From contig NC_087436.1 in NCBI RefSeq assembly GCF_036321535.1, positions 46,750,001 through 46,814,000 on the forward strand: a stretch of DNA of 64,000 nt, given 5' to 3'. The stretch comes from Camelus dromedarius. Taxonomy: Eukaryota. The notes under the pieces were generated by a model, which searched no databases, was not told the origin of the DNA, and saw only the letters and a list, made by a program, of their open reading frames with translations. This document shows positions 13,276 through 26,314 of the stretch, piece by piece; the stretch's first letter is position 1, and the number at the start of each line of letters is the position of its first letter. A program made the translations under genes and the position numbers.

Positions 13276-13380
13276 AAAGACAGGACTGCTTTCTCTACCT
13301 TCTCTGCCTGTCTAGCTTGAGCTGAGATTTTCTACACACTAGCAAAAGGTCCTCTGAGAGTAGGTATTAGGTCTAAACTG

Positions 13381-13558
13381 TATTTTGTTTTACATTTTAT
13401 TACGGCAAGAACACTGAACATGAGATCAGCCCTCTTAACAGATTTAAGTGTACAGTGCGGGATTGTCCTCTACAGGCACTCAGTTGTACACCAGATCTCC
13501 AGAACCTATTCATCTTCCATAACTGAAATTTTCTACACACTGACTAGCCACTCTGTTT
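13381..13558 (-). mobile_element. Short L1MA-type 3' end fragment
   Basis: AAGAACACTGAACATGAGATC..CCCTCTTAACAGATTTAAGTGTACAG..AGATCTCCAGAAC..ATAACTGAAA, flanked by TAGGTCTAAA at 13368 and 13560 (probable TSD). Confidence 0.8.
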
Positions 13559-13616
13559 ATAGGTCTAAAATGGTTGGTTCTCAGCCATTTTGTATCATTT
13601 AACCTAGTACAAAAGG

Positions 13617-13873
13617 CAGGACCACACTGTGACTTTCGTCGGCATAAGGCACTTCTTTATAATTTCTAATTTAATTTAAGAAATTAATATAATTTCTTTT
13701 ATGTTGGAATAAAGACAAATATATTAATATTATATATTAAAATATCTTCTTCAACATTAAAGTTCATTTTTTTCCTTCTGATTTCTAAAGAAATAAAACC
13801 TTTTCATAGGCCCCTGAAAGTACTGTGTTCCCAGGCACTGTGCCCCCTGTGCCTGCTGGGGACGCCCGCCCTG
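13617..13873 (-). mobile_element. hAT-Tip100-type MITE (ORSL-like), copy 1
   Basis: CAGG...CCCTG termini; core ATAAAGACAAATATATTAATATTATAT shared with the copy at 26790-27030; GGCACTGTGCC near the end. Family name from recall. Confidence 0.7.
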
Positions 13874-14756
13874 AGGACAGGACAGAAACTGGGCCCGCAG
13901 GGCCTGGAGCGCTGCCCTGACAGCCTCCCCCTGCCCCCACGCAGCCTGGGCTTCGCTCTCCCTCTTCTCTTCCCGCTCGTGTAGATTCCTTCCTTCTCTG
14001 GAGGGGAGGGTTCTCCCGCCTTGGCCTTTCCACAGGTGAATGAATCCTTCTAATCTCCAGCCCCGGTCAGAAAGTCCTGCTCATATGATGGGTAAGGATA
14101 GTTCCATTTCAACTGGGAACTAACTGCAGGCGCAGGGCTTTGTGCAGCTATGTAAATTAGGCTGGCCCTCAGATTGAGCACCACCCACTGTAATATTAAA
14201 AACAAACAAACAAACACATCCCAAAGCATCACCCTCACCACGTGGATTATGACCGCCATCCACGTTATCCCCAGTGACCAGGGAAGTGAGCTAACAACTG
14301 ATCTTTGTAGCCGGTACAGTTACACACTGGCAAGGCTTCAGACTCCCCCGCCCCTTTCCCCCTCCACTAATTGCCCTTCTGAGATTGTGGCAGAAAACAC
14401 ACTGGCTCTTGCTTTGAAAACCGCAGGGGCTTGTGTGAGTGAATGACATTTTATTACTCTGCCCTTTAGAAATTAGCCTCTGTACTGTCAGGCCCACCAT
14501 GGAACTTTTCTCCACTTCTTCTTCGGATGTCAAACACCCAAATTTCAAATAATGCTGGAGAATGATGCGGCTGGGATGATTTCACAGCATATAGATCAGA
14601 GCTGCCACAGGGCAGCTTGAAGGAGACAAGGCTCTGTGGCTGGAAGGAAATGGGGATTAATAGATAATAGATAACTTGAGACAACATCTCCTGAAAGATT
14701 CATCATCAGATAAGCTTTGGATAGCTCTGATCCATTAATTGGTTATTTTTGGCAAA

Positions 14757-14782
14757 ACACACACACACACACACACACACAC
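14757..14782. repeat. (CA)n microsatellite
   Basis: Direct read. Confidence 0.95.
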
Positions 14783-15582
14783 CCCTGGTTTTATGAGAAT
14801 TGGTCTCAAATTGATGTGGGTGGAGATTTTACCCAATTGAGTAATTCTTAGCCTTTGGAGTATAACACCCAGTCTCCTAATTCTACCTTACATAGCGTGC
14901 CTATATTTTTAAATTAGAGAGAATTGGATTTGATTTTGTCTCGATATTTGTTTTGACAATTTCAAGATACCTTTTGAAACTATTTGCAGCATTTCAGACT
15001 TTTTCAAAACCAAGGCTGAAATGAACTTTTCTAGCTGTTTGTTCCATCTTTGAGTTAAGAGTATGAGTCTTTGCATTTTAATTTAATAGTTGCTTTTTGA
15101 AGCTATATGGGAACTTCAAGTTAATTAAATATTTTAATTAAAAAGAATATGCATGACATAGATCACCAGTCCTCAGGAATTATTATTGAATATCTTTGAC
15201 AGTAAAACTATGCTGAACCCAATATTTAATTGATGATTATGAAGATCTTTTCTGATTGCAAAATTGTGAAAATCAGTTTTTATTGTGATATTGATGTGAG
15301 TAATTTCCAGGTCAATGAGGATTTCTGGAGACAGAATGATAAATAAAGTAGATCTGTTTCACTCTGGGAACTGATTATAACCCCTGGGAATTATGCACAT
15401 ATTGTTAAATTAAATGAAATAATGTAAACAAATGAACCAAGCACCAGGGTTGGCACATAGTATATTTTCAGTGAATGAGACCAGAATTTGAATGTGAAAT
15501 TACTTATATCTTGAGGATTAACTTCCTAGAATTATTTTTCTGTATGTTTTTCTCCATCAATCTCACTTATTCAGTACACATA

Positions 15583-16402
15583 CCTATTACATCAGTTCTT
15601 TTTTCGAGGAGGGTATTTAGGTTTATTGATTTATTTATTTTTGATGGAGGTATTGGGGATTGAACCCAGGACTTTGTGCATGCTAGGCATGCACTCTTAC
15701 CAGTGAGCTATACCTTCCCCCTATACATTGCATCAATTCTAAGCCAGATATTTATTCATATTTTATTACTCTAAAATTACGTGAAGTTTTAACATTAATG
15801 GTGGGTTGCATTACTGTCAGCTGGAACAATCAATTGTACTACTTGGCTACCATTCCTGGTGGCACAGTTGGATAACTGAGTCTCTTCCTATTTCTGTCAC
15901 CTGACTTCTTAAGGACTATTTGAGAAAGGCACATGAATTGTCCTTTGAAATCTAACACTTGGTAGGATCAACAAGGCTCTAGCCCCCAAACTTGCAAAAT
16001 GGTGGGTGTCAATGGCTTGAAAGAAAATCCCAGAGATAATAGTGGCACACTCTTTGAAAAAATAGTGCCACACCAACACTCGTGATGGCACAAATGACCA
16101 CTCTGAATTTAGAAGGTAATTCAGCAGAGTTAGACTCTGAGTATGAAGAAGTTTAGGGAATTGGACCTATTTATTTTGCTTATATTTTCTTTTTTACACA
16201 TGCAAGAGCTATGATAAATATCTATGACTAAATAATTCTCTTACACTAAATAGAAAAATGTCGAAGTAATCAGAAAGCATAGTGTCATCATTTCAATAAG
16301 TGTATGTCATCATCTGGGGGAGGCTTTTTTCCCATTCCCAAGTCATATTAAATAGTGATGCATCTCACCGTCAGTGGTGCCTTAGAGTCAGTGAATTCTG
16401 AG
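15583..16402 (+). mobile_element. Kanga1/MER104-type TcMar-Tc2 DNA transposon (internally deleted), interrupted by a SINE
   Basis: TA-flanked degenerate TIRs (TA|CCTATTACATCAGTTCT-AAG ... CTTAGAGTCAGTGAATTCTGAG|TA). About 15988-16100 translates KLAKWWVSMA*KKIPEIIVAHSLKK*CHTNTRDGTND, like a pogo/Tc2 transposase C-terminus. Confidence 0.75.
15600..15721 (-). mobile_element. tRNA-derived SINE (camelid Vic-1-like)
   Basis: Reverse strand has GGGG..TATAGCTCA..GGTA.GAGTGCATGCCTAGCATGCACAAAGTCCTGGGTTCAATCCCC (A and B boxes) and an A-rich tail; imperfect ~15-bp TSD at 15585-15599 and 15726-15740. Confidence 0.9.
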
Positions 16403-17170
16403 TACCTGCCAGACCCTGTGCTAGGTTTTGCAGAGAGTTAATTAAGCAAATATACTATTTTTTAATATTACATTAATATTAAGCAAAGTATTATTGAATG
16501 CCTCCTATGTGTCCCAAACCTGCTACATGCTGTGGATGAGCCAGAGAAGCTCTCATGGAGGTTTCTCTGGCTGGGAAGACAGACATCATACAACATGTTT
16601 CCAGAGAGGAATACATACTCTGGAGGGGCAAAAATGTGTACGTATTACGAAATACACTGCAACAAACGCGGTGTCTAAGATGTGATCCCTGTTCTCAAAG
16701 AATTTACAATCTAATGTCAAAGATAGAAGGAAAATTCAAATTGGTGTGTTAAATGCTGTAAACTCCCGAAGAGTCTGGAAGAAGTGATAGTTAAACTGTC
16801 CCGAAGGGCAAATAAGGATTAGTTAGCTGAAGAGTAGGGGAAGCGGAAAGACTGTCCTGTTTAAAAGCCGAGAAGTAAGAGGGAGGCTGGTGAGTTTCCT
16901 TCAACTGTAAAGTGTCGGGTGGCAGAGCTTTCAGTGTGAGGGGCGAGAGATAAGCCTAGAAAGGTAGGACTTGGAAGATGTTGTAGGCTAGGACGAGTCT
17001 TCTGTTCTTTATACCAAGAGCAGTGGGGCTTTATACAGAGTACAGGCATGATCGGATTTGTGTTTTAGAAAGATAGCTCCTGCTGGAGTGTGGAGAGTGG
17101 ATTAATTTTCTCCCTTCCCCTTCCCCCCAAGCAAAGAAGCCAATTGTTGCAGTAATTCAGGAAGTTGATG
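16403..17170 (-). mobile_element. L2 fragments
   Basis: TATTGAATGCCTCCTATGTGTCC, ATCCCTGTTCTCAAAGAATTTACAATCTA, CATGATCGGATTTGTGTTTTAGAAAGATAGCTC..TGGAGAGTGGATT. Confidence 0.65.
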
Positions 17171-19005
17171 TTAAGGCTCTCAATTTTCCCAACTTGATTG
17201 AATCTTTATCCTGCTTGTGTGTGGGCTTTGTAATAAAATGTTGACTTCAGTAACTTATGGTCACTGCCCACGGGGAGCCCTATTGCAGACACTACAATCA
17301 CTTTAAAATGAAGTCCCATCAAGTTATTTGACTAGAAAAGCAGATTAATAAACCCACTGATCCAGTGAGCAGCTGATCAATAAAAACGCCACCTCAATTA
17401 CATGATAAAGTCAAAAATCAAAGTGTACGGTTGCCCTCCTGAGCTTCTGTGGGACTGAAGAATTTCCATCTGAGATTTATCAAAGGGTCTTGAAAGCCAG
17501 AGAATGGTTTAGATGAAACTCAATTGATTTTGTGTTTCTGCCAGAACGCAAAGCTTTCTACAGGTCACAGCTTGTCAGGTATAAAAAAATCATAATTTTA
17601 CCAGAGCTTCCTTTCATGGTTTAGAAGGCCCCAGCACGTGCTGGACTGATAAGCCCTGGTCCTGCGTCTGTTTAAGCAGATGTAAATGAAAATGCCAAAA
17701 GGCTCAAGTTCAAAGGGAGAAATGTCGCTTTATGGAACTCCCTCTTTTTGGAAAAACACTTGGGAAAAAGTTTCTTAAGCACGGCTAGGGAGGCACGGTT
17801 TCAGTCTGTTCATGCCTCTCCCAGCCAGCACAACCACCACCCTTTTCTCCTGAAGCCCACGAAGGACTGGACAGCTAGAGAGATGAGCTGTTTACTGAAC
17901 CATCCTGGAAGGCTCCAGATCCAAGGAGAATGCTGACATCTGTTCCTCAGTTGCCTATGCCTTTTTGAATGTAGTTGCAGTTTTCTAAGCAACCTTTTGC
18001 AAGGAAATAGGGATGGGCCAAACAAGTCACCTGTAGAAATTTGATCCTCATGTGCTTTTGTATTTCTGGGTGTGCATGTGCGTGGGTTTACCCCTGCAGG
18101 AAACCATTTAAAGAATGTAGATAATACCTATCAGTGTTGTGAGTCACCCTGTCAAGAGAGTAATGTACAACTGTGCATCCTTGTAAGTTATTTATCATAC
18201 CCCGAGGCTCGATGGAACACAGTTTCCTTGATGAAGAGATAAAAAGGAGCAACATAAAAGCAAGGTAAAAGAAGAACACTTCATTAAAACTGAATCTACC
18301 TTCTGGTCTTAACTTTTTTTGAGGTTTTTTTTTTTAAATTAGTAGTATTACTGAAATTTATCATCACAAAAAATTTACTTTGTAGAACATCTTTTCAGGA
18401 AAAAAGCAACCTTTTTGCTGCTGAAATTAGTAGGAGGAGTTTGCAGAGCTGGACGGGGATGACAACCCGCCCCCACCTCCCTCCCAAGGGAGGGCAATAG
18501 AATGCAGTTGTGGAGAACAGGATTAGTCCTTGGAAGCAATGGACTCTAACCTGAGCACACCAGTCCCCTCACCTTAAAAACAAGGGGGCCAAAGCAAAAG
18601 CTATGGACCCTCACAGTTCTAAGATTCTGTTTCTCTCAGGGTAGCTGTGGGTGGCCACTGAGAAGTAGTAGATCCAAGAAAGAGTGGAGAAGGGAGATAA
18701 TTGATGTTTTATTCCATGTTGAGATTTAGTTCCAAGTCGACTTTGTTTGCTCTCCTTTCCCATTGCTCTGCTAGAACAGAACATCAGGAGTACACAAGCC
18801 TCAGGAAGAGGAATAGCTGATTTTCATGATAGTATTAAGGGCCTGCTAAATAGACCAAAGCAAGAAATTAATGTTTTAACCTCATAATACTGTGATTGTT
18901 TAAAAGGACTTAAATTTAAACTGCATAAGTAATATATGGATATGGTTTCTTTGTAAAAACTGAAAATATTAAATAGAAGACTAAACTCCCCTTTTACCGC
19001 CATTC

Positions 19006-19828
19006 TTTTTTTTATTGAAGTATATATAGTTGACATACAATGTTGTATTATTTTCTGGTGTACAGCACAGTGATACAGTTATACATGGTTTTTTTTTTTC
19101 ATATTCTTTTTCATTATAGGTTATTATAAGCTACTGAGTATATTATTATAAGCTAGTGACTATAGTTCCCAGTGCTATACATCAGGACCTTGTTTATTTT
19201 GCATGTAGTAATTTGTATCTGCTAATGCCACACTCCTAATTTATCCCTTCCCCCTACTTTCCCCTTTGGTAACTGTAAGATTGTTTTCTGTGTCTGTGAA
19301 TCTCTTTCTGTTTTGTAAATAAGTTCATTTGTGTCATTTATTTTAAGATTCCATATGTAAGTGATATAGATCTTTCTCTGTCTGACTTACTTCACTTAGT
19401 ATGATAATCTCTAGCTCCATCCATGTTGCTGCAAGTGGCATTATTTCATTCTTTTTTATGGCTGAGTAGTATTCCATTGTAATGTATATCACAACTTCTT
19501 TATTCAATAATCTATTCATGGACATTTTTAGATTGCTTCCATGTCTTGGCTATTGTAAATAGTGCTGCTCTGAATATTGGGGTGTATGTATTTTTCAAAT
19601 TAGAGTTTTCTTCAGATATATGCCCAGGAGTGGGATTTCTGGATCATATGGTGAGTCTATTTTTAGACTCATACTTCATACTGTTTTCCATAGTGGCTGC
19701 ACCAAACTACATTGCCATTAACAGTGTAAGAGGGTTCTCTCTTCTCCACACCCTTTCCAGCATTTATCTTTTGTAGCCTTTTTAATGATGACCATTCTGA
19801 CCGGTATTAGGTGATACCTCGTTGAGGT
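19006..19828 (-). mobile_element. L1 3' end (ORF2 C-terminus + 3'UTR), artiodactyl/L1MA type
   Basis: ORF 19343-19525 MEYYSAIKKNEIMPLAATWMELEIIILSEVSQTEKD is L1 ORF2 C-terminus; poly(T) at 19006. Confidence 0.93.
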
Positions 19829-20005
19829 CTGCCCATTTTTTGAACATCACTATTCCTAATCCCAGTTCCACCCCAGCCTCTCCCAAGGGAATCTTTTATC
19901 AGTTTACCATGTTTTCTTCACAGACCTTCTTCTAGGTAGAAGCTGTAAAGTGTTGTTTTATGTGTGTATGTTTTTAATATAAATAGTATGTGTTGTTTTA
20001 ATAAA

Positions 20006-20712
20006 ATTTTTTATTATTGAATACATTCAGAATGTAATATTGGATAAATTTAAGGTGCACAGCATGTTACTTTGATACATTTGTATATTGTAATATGATT
20101 GCTGATGTAGGGATATTTATTACATTATGTAATTATAGTACAGTATTATCGACTATATTCATTATACTCTGCATTAGAGCTCTGTGGTTTATTTACTACT
20201 CGTTTCAAGTTTGTACCCCTCAGCACCATCACTCTAATTCCTCTCCCTACCATCCCCTGGTATCTGCCATTTTACTCTCTGTTTTTTACAGGTTTAGATT
20301 CCACATATAAGTGCTCTCATACACTACTTGTTTTTCTGTCTGACTTATTTCACTTAGCATTATGTGCACAAGGTCCATTCATGTTGTCACAAATGGAAGT
20401 ATATCCTCCTTTCTCATGGCTGAATAATATTCCATTGTATATATATATCCCACATCTTTTTTATCCATTCATACAATGAAGGGGGCATTTGGGTTGTTTC
20501 CATATCTTGGCTATTGTGAATAATGCTGCAATAAACATGGGAGTGCACACACCTCATCAAAATCTCCTTTTCATTTTTGGGGCAGTATACCCAAAAGCGG
20601 AATTTCTGGATTGTGTAGTAGCTCTATGTTTAATTTTTTGAGAAACCTTCATATTTTTTTCCACAGTAGTTGGACCACTTTACATTCTGATCAACAATGT
20701 CTAAGTGTTCAG
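20006..20712 (-). mobile_element. L1MA-type 3' fragment
   Basis: TTTAGATTCCACATATAAGTG..TGACTTATTTCACTTAGCAT..GGCTGAATAATATTCCATTGT..GGCTATTGTGAATAATGCTGCAATAAACATGGGAGTG. Confidence 0.9.
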
Positions 20713-20759
20713 TATGGGTTTTTTTAATTGCTGTGTCTGAGAGATAGGTCCTTATTAGT

Positions 20760-20960
20760 ACATGAATTTCACCTCAATCTTTTTAACTGTGTTGTAGAGT
20801 TCTGTAGCATAGGTAAGTCATATTTATTTAGCCATTCCCCTGTGATTTGCAATTATGTGGCTTTTGGATTGTTTGTTTTTAGCTACTGGAAATGCTACAA
20901 AGACCATCTTTACATAAGCTTCCTTGTGAACCTATGTGATTGTTCATTTCTCTAAGGTAG
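20760..20960 (-). mobile_element. L1ME-type fragment
   Basis: TATTTATTTAGCCATTCCCCTG..AATGCTACAAAGACCATCTTTACATA..TTTCTCTAAGGTAGA. Confidence 0.55.
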
Positions 20961-23900
20961 AAATAATTTGGTTTCTAGCCTCTGGGTCGCCAGGTCTTAT
21001 AAGGGCAGCTCGAGTTCAGCTGCATGTCACAGAGGGTCTTAAAAATCGCCTCACAATTGGAGGGAAGAGAAGAGTTACTCTTTAATCTTAGCAAAACATT
21101 AGCCCATTTCCCACCTACATCAAATGACTATTCATTTTCCAGTCTCAATGATTAACTATTAAGAATGCTACACATGTCATCACTCCCCAAAATATTACTT
21201 TAATATTCTTTCTCACTTTTGTAGCTTGCATGTTAAATATGCATTTCAGAAGTGAAAAATAGTAGCCATTTTGTATTTATATGAAAACATGTATAAACCA
21301 AGACTTTCATCATAATGCAAGGAGCCACTCTGTAAGAATATTGTCTTTTCTTTTACTAAATGAACGTTTAGCACATGGGATGGGAAAGAAAGAAAAGGGG
21401 ATGATGTCAAAATTGGATAGCACAGTCATTTCTGCCCTGTGCTATCTGTACTGGCAGCGTCAGGATCAATCCAGTCGCAAATCCTTTGAGCAGCTGTTTG
21501 CACACCATCGACTAATGAAGCTCTTTGAATGCTGTGTTATCGGTGTGATGGAGCAGGAGATGTAATAAAGAAAGAAAGAGTGGACCAGGGAGAGACATCC
21601 GAAAGACAGACTCCCTTTCCCCAGCCACTTGTGGAAGTCTATTTCAGGTCAACTGGGACCAATTGTGAGTTCTGGCCTTGGGCAAAATTCCTATTTGCAG
21701 TCAATAAATTAATGGGTGACACCTTGAAATGGGTTGGCTTTAGCTGAATCAATGTCTGATGTGGTAATCTTTCCTCAGGCTAAATCCCCACTGCAGTTCC
21801 TAGGTTGGAGCTGACTGAAGAAATGCACGGATCCTTCGACTTTCTTTCTTCTTCATCTCTTTTTAAAAATCACTCCTGAAAAAGCAGAATACCGTGTTCT
21901 GGCACTAACTGGCATTCTGACTTTCCTGTCCTTGCCCCTCCTCTCTTTAACTGCTGTGGAGTAACTCCCAAGGCTAATATATTTCATTTGTATAGAACTC
22001 TACGACGTACAGAGTTCTTTCTCTGCCTGATTCTAGTTAATCTGTTCCCTCTAAGAAAGTTGTCCAATAGGCCAAAGAGCGAACTGTTCCTTTACAGTAG
22101 CTCCTTTTGAAAACTCTAGGCAGCAGGAAACAGAGAAGGCTGCTCTGTTGGTTCAGCTGGCTTTTACAGCTGAAGATAACATGAACCACAAATCTGCCGG
22201 GGTTCGTGTTTTCTTGGAGGGGGAGGAGAATTGAGGGAGCAAAATAAAGAGAAGTTTAAGTTTAATATTTCATAACTGTGTGCTCTTTCCCAGGTTTTAT
22301 TCCTGTAATATTCTCTGTGTGTGGCCAGACCCTTCATAACAGCACTATTGAAGAAGGAGAGGGAAAAGGGAAAGGGAGGAAGGGTGGAGGGAGGGATAGA
22401 AACTAGCCTTCGGGGGGGGAAAAAAAGACCACTGCTTTTAAGTATCAACCGTGACCTTAACCGGATGTAGTCGAGGCCTTGCAGAATTGAGTTGGTCATT
22501 CATTTCTGAAAATAGGATAGGGGGCAAGCGTGGGTAGCATTTGTAGTGAGGCCAGAGGAGGGAAGTGACCCATTTACTCTTCTCTGGAAAAAGTGGGTTC
22601 CTGAGGCATCAGAAAGTTGATGGGCTGAGAGCTTTCCTTTCCCTGAGGGTATGTTGGGTAATGTCTGCTGGGAAAGCAACAACAGTAATAAATCTGAGGA
22701 ATGAAGATAGTTGAAACATGGGAGCAAAATCTTTTTTGTATTTTGGAAAATCTTTTTGTGGAATTAAAAAATAGGAGAAAGAGTTTTTTAAATCTCTGGA
22801 AAAAGAATTGGCGTGTCCACATTATGTATGCAACGCTCCTCCTGCCACCAGACTGGGAGTCTAACAAGCTTAGCTGCTTAGGAGAAGCATATTTTATTTT
22901 CAGGTTGGCCAAGCTATTTCCTGCCTTTGGAGCAAAACCCAGTGCAGCTACTGTACCCTGACGATATTTTTTTCTCTCTGAATATCATAACCTTTTAAAT
23001 AACAAGTATGCTGCCCTTTCAAGGGCTCTGAAAACACAGATGGAGAAATACAACAGCACCATTTTATCCTTTCCCTCAAGAAGAACACTCCTTTCTCTAC
23101 GCCATTGCTGGGGTTTCTGGATGTAAATGTGGAAGATGACAAGTGTTGTGATCACACTTGAGTGAGAAAACATAACCAAAACACACAGTAGTGATTCAGT
23201 CACATAGCCTTGGAAAGAGGTGGTGAAAAGCGGGCCAGTTACAGTTTCTGGGCTGAGTGGGGGTCTGTCACAGCAGAGCAGGGTGGCTGGGCAGGGCACA
23301 GGAAGAGCGAGAAGACAGTGGCGCCATGATGGAAAGGCTTGTGAATGGTGTTTGGCAGTTGACATCTGTTGACGAATATTTTTCTTCAGTGCACAATTAT
23401 AAGCTAGAAAGACCTTCGATTTCGTATAAAACAATGCCCTCATTTTACCAAATGACTTGCTAGGGCAAGCAGCACAGTTAAGCCAAGATTCTAGGTCTCT
23501 TGTCTCCCAGGTTGGTATTTTCCATTGCTTTGAGTTGGGCATTTTACTATTCGAGTTAAAACACACAGTCTCTGTCTTCTAGTAGCTTACAATTTAAAAT
23601 GTCTATTTCCCAGCAAAAGAAGTAACTTGGGGGATTGAATGAGCACTGAGGTGAACAAAGAAGACTGGTTCTAAGCCTGTGTTGCTGGGTGACCATAAGA
23701 AAACAACAGAGCTTGTCTGTGCTTGAGAGGGAACCCAAATGGAGAAGGGAGACTGGGGCAGCTTCTTTAGCAGTTTTAAGAGTTAGTGGTTCTGAATCAA
23801 ACCGACATAGGCTCCACATTGTGCCACGAGGGATATGGGAGTAGTCAGATGTAAGGTTAAATTTCTCATTTGAAAGCATGATATTGAAATAATCATACTA

Positions 23901-25254
23901 CCTGTTTCTATATCAAAGGTCAATGTGGGTTCTCACAGTGACATGAAACGCCCTGGCTCTGTGCTTCTTCCTTTACAAACAGACACCACATGTCAGCTTC
24001 CTGACTGACTTCTGGTAAATCATCCTAGAACGATTCCTGGCATTCACCTCATAGAGGGTTAAAACTTCCTCTCACAAACCAGGGGCTGCACACAGAGGAG
24101 AGAGACTACAAAGGCGGGTGTTGTTGCTGCTTTTATACCAACCAGGGGAAGTGAGCGCCAACAGGAGAAAAATGCTGTGGTATAATTTTAAAAATCCAGG
24201 TTCATAAGAAAAAATTTTACAGAGGTTTTTTTCTAACTCCATTTTTTTTTTCCTCTCTCCTCTCCACGCCACCTAAACCATCTCTTAAAATGTCCTTATT
24301 TGGGTAAGAAAGACTTTTTATGCTATCACACTCTACGTTGAAACCCAGGAACTAAAGGTTTGACGGGGGGTGGCCCAGAGAGGGTTTGGGAGGTTGACCC
24401 ACTGGATTCCCAGCCTTGACCCTAAAAGTGCTTGGGGGCAAAAAGTTTTCTTGTGGGGCTGCTTTCATTCCTCCTGTTAGCAGGACTGGAAGAAGAATAG
24501 GATGGAGGTAAAAAGCAGCTACACCCTCAGTCCTCTGCCCCATCTACTTCTTTCTAAGAACTAACACAAATAGAAATCCCATCCATCAATGACTGAGAAT
24601 TCCTGGAAAATGGCAGCAGGGTATATTAAAGCTACCTTGTTGAAGACCAGGAAGAAACCAAGGACACAGGGTCAGGTATAGCTCACATCTATGTGGACAA
24701 CTGCAGTATTTTCCTTAACAAAGATTTGGGTCTTAACCCCTCAAGAATACTGTGCTGATCAGTATTACATCCTGTAACCTTTTCTGATGTAGTTTTTCAG
24801 AGGGAGAATACATGTAATAAAGAATTAATGTCCAGTGAAAAACCAGAATGAGCTGCAGGAAACGTTCGTGTTATTACATTAGGAAATGCAGACAAGCTGA
24901 TATAGTGCGTGTTTAAACAGTCCAGAATGAGACAATATTAAAAACATTTACTTTGGGACCCAAAGTGGGTGTTGACATTTATAGAAAGACCATGCAGACC
25001 CACCCAACTGTCTTTCTGTGCGTTGCCATGCTGTTTGAGGGGCCAACCACCTCTTAGAGTTAACATACTTTATTTACTAAAAGTAAAAAAAAAAAAAGTT
25101 ACCATTTTTCTTTCCGGTGTGAAAAAATAATTTGTTAGCTGTCAAGACAGCCAAGCAGAAGGGAAACAGCTTCCCCCCTCCCTTTTAATCTGCTTTGATG
25201 ACATGGTAACCAAATAATCAAGCTGTGCTTCTGTACTCAAAACACATTGAATGA

Positions 25255-25340
25255 GCCTCCAGGGCGGGGCCCGTCAGCAGCACTTTTCTGAAGCTCCTCA
25301 GATGATTCTGTTGTGTGGTCAAGATTGAGAAACCACTTGT
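25255..25340. mobile_element. MER5-family (hAT-Charlie) fragment
   Basis: GGGCGGGGCCC..AAGCTCCTCAGATGATTCTG..AAGATTGAGAAACCACT. Confidence 0.65.
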
Positions 25341-26314
25341 CTGAAGTCTCACCAGTTTGAACTGGTATTAGTTAGGAGGAAACTTGTTCAGAAAGGAAAT
25401 TACAGGTAAATGAGCTATGGATTATTAATGTGCTGCTTTACGAATTGCTTTATCAAATTAAGGGCATGGAAAGAACTTAGAGTTCGATTGTCCCATTCCT
25501 GTGCATTCAGATGGGAACGTACTCCAGGAATCGATATTCTGTTTTCCAGGGCCTTCAGTGCTAGGTATCCAAGTGTCTTTCTGTAATCCATTCCAAAGCA
25601 TTGCAATGGATGGAAAAGCAAGAGAGTAAGACTACTAGTAAAACACATTCTAGAAAGAACCTATTTTTCTTGAAAATAAAAAGGGAAGTAAAAGGTTAAG
25701 TTAGGATTGCTTTGAGACTACGCACTATGTGTAAGTTTTCATATATGCATATTACAAATGAAACTGACTTCACAAAACCAATTTATGAATGCTCTTAGAA
25801 CTCTTTACCAAAATTTTCTTTCTTAGTTAATGCCAGGGAGGGTGTTTTAGCCATTTCTCTGATCGCTGTAAAGGTACTGGTCTGGCCAGGTATATACAAT
25901 AACCTATAACTTACCCATATTTAAAAGCTGTAATTATTAGAGGAGAAAATTAAAGGTAAACCTTTCACCTTCATTGCAATACAAGAGGGTAAAAAAGCTT
26001 TATAAAGGAAAGACCAAAAATAATCATATAAATGTTGAGGTTGAAAATCGAAGGTCTGTTTTCTTAATTCAAGGAATTTGGGCACACGTAATAATAAAGG
26101 ATACTTTCTTTAAACAGCAAATAGGTAATCAGTAGGCTGAGCTCCAAGTCTGATGGTCTCCCTTCTTTGGTTCCATTAGGGTAATTTCCTTTCATTTTTT
26201 TCTCACTGCACCCAGGAGGCGGATGGAGATACTTAAGAAAGTTGTGGGTGGCCTAAAGGTGGGAATATATTTAGTTGATTAAAAAGAAAAATTGTTTGTG
26301 TGAAGTGGGGTTCT

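Noticed and set aside
19121..19165. 22-bp tandem duplication inside an L1 (also ~19 bp at 10500-10540 in an L2)
   Set aside because: Ordinary slippage duplications within dead repeats
21416..21446. Perfect 10-bp inverted repeat GATAGCACAG/CTGTGCTATC
   Set aside because: About one such short hairpin is expected by chance in 64 kb; no extension or known miRNA match
22985..23566. 193-aa ORF, the longest in the track
   Set aside because: No recognisable protein features, non-ATG start, starts in a repeat fragment; consistent with a chance ORF
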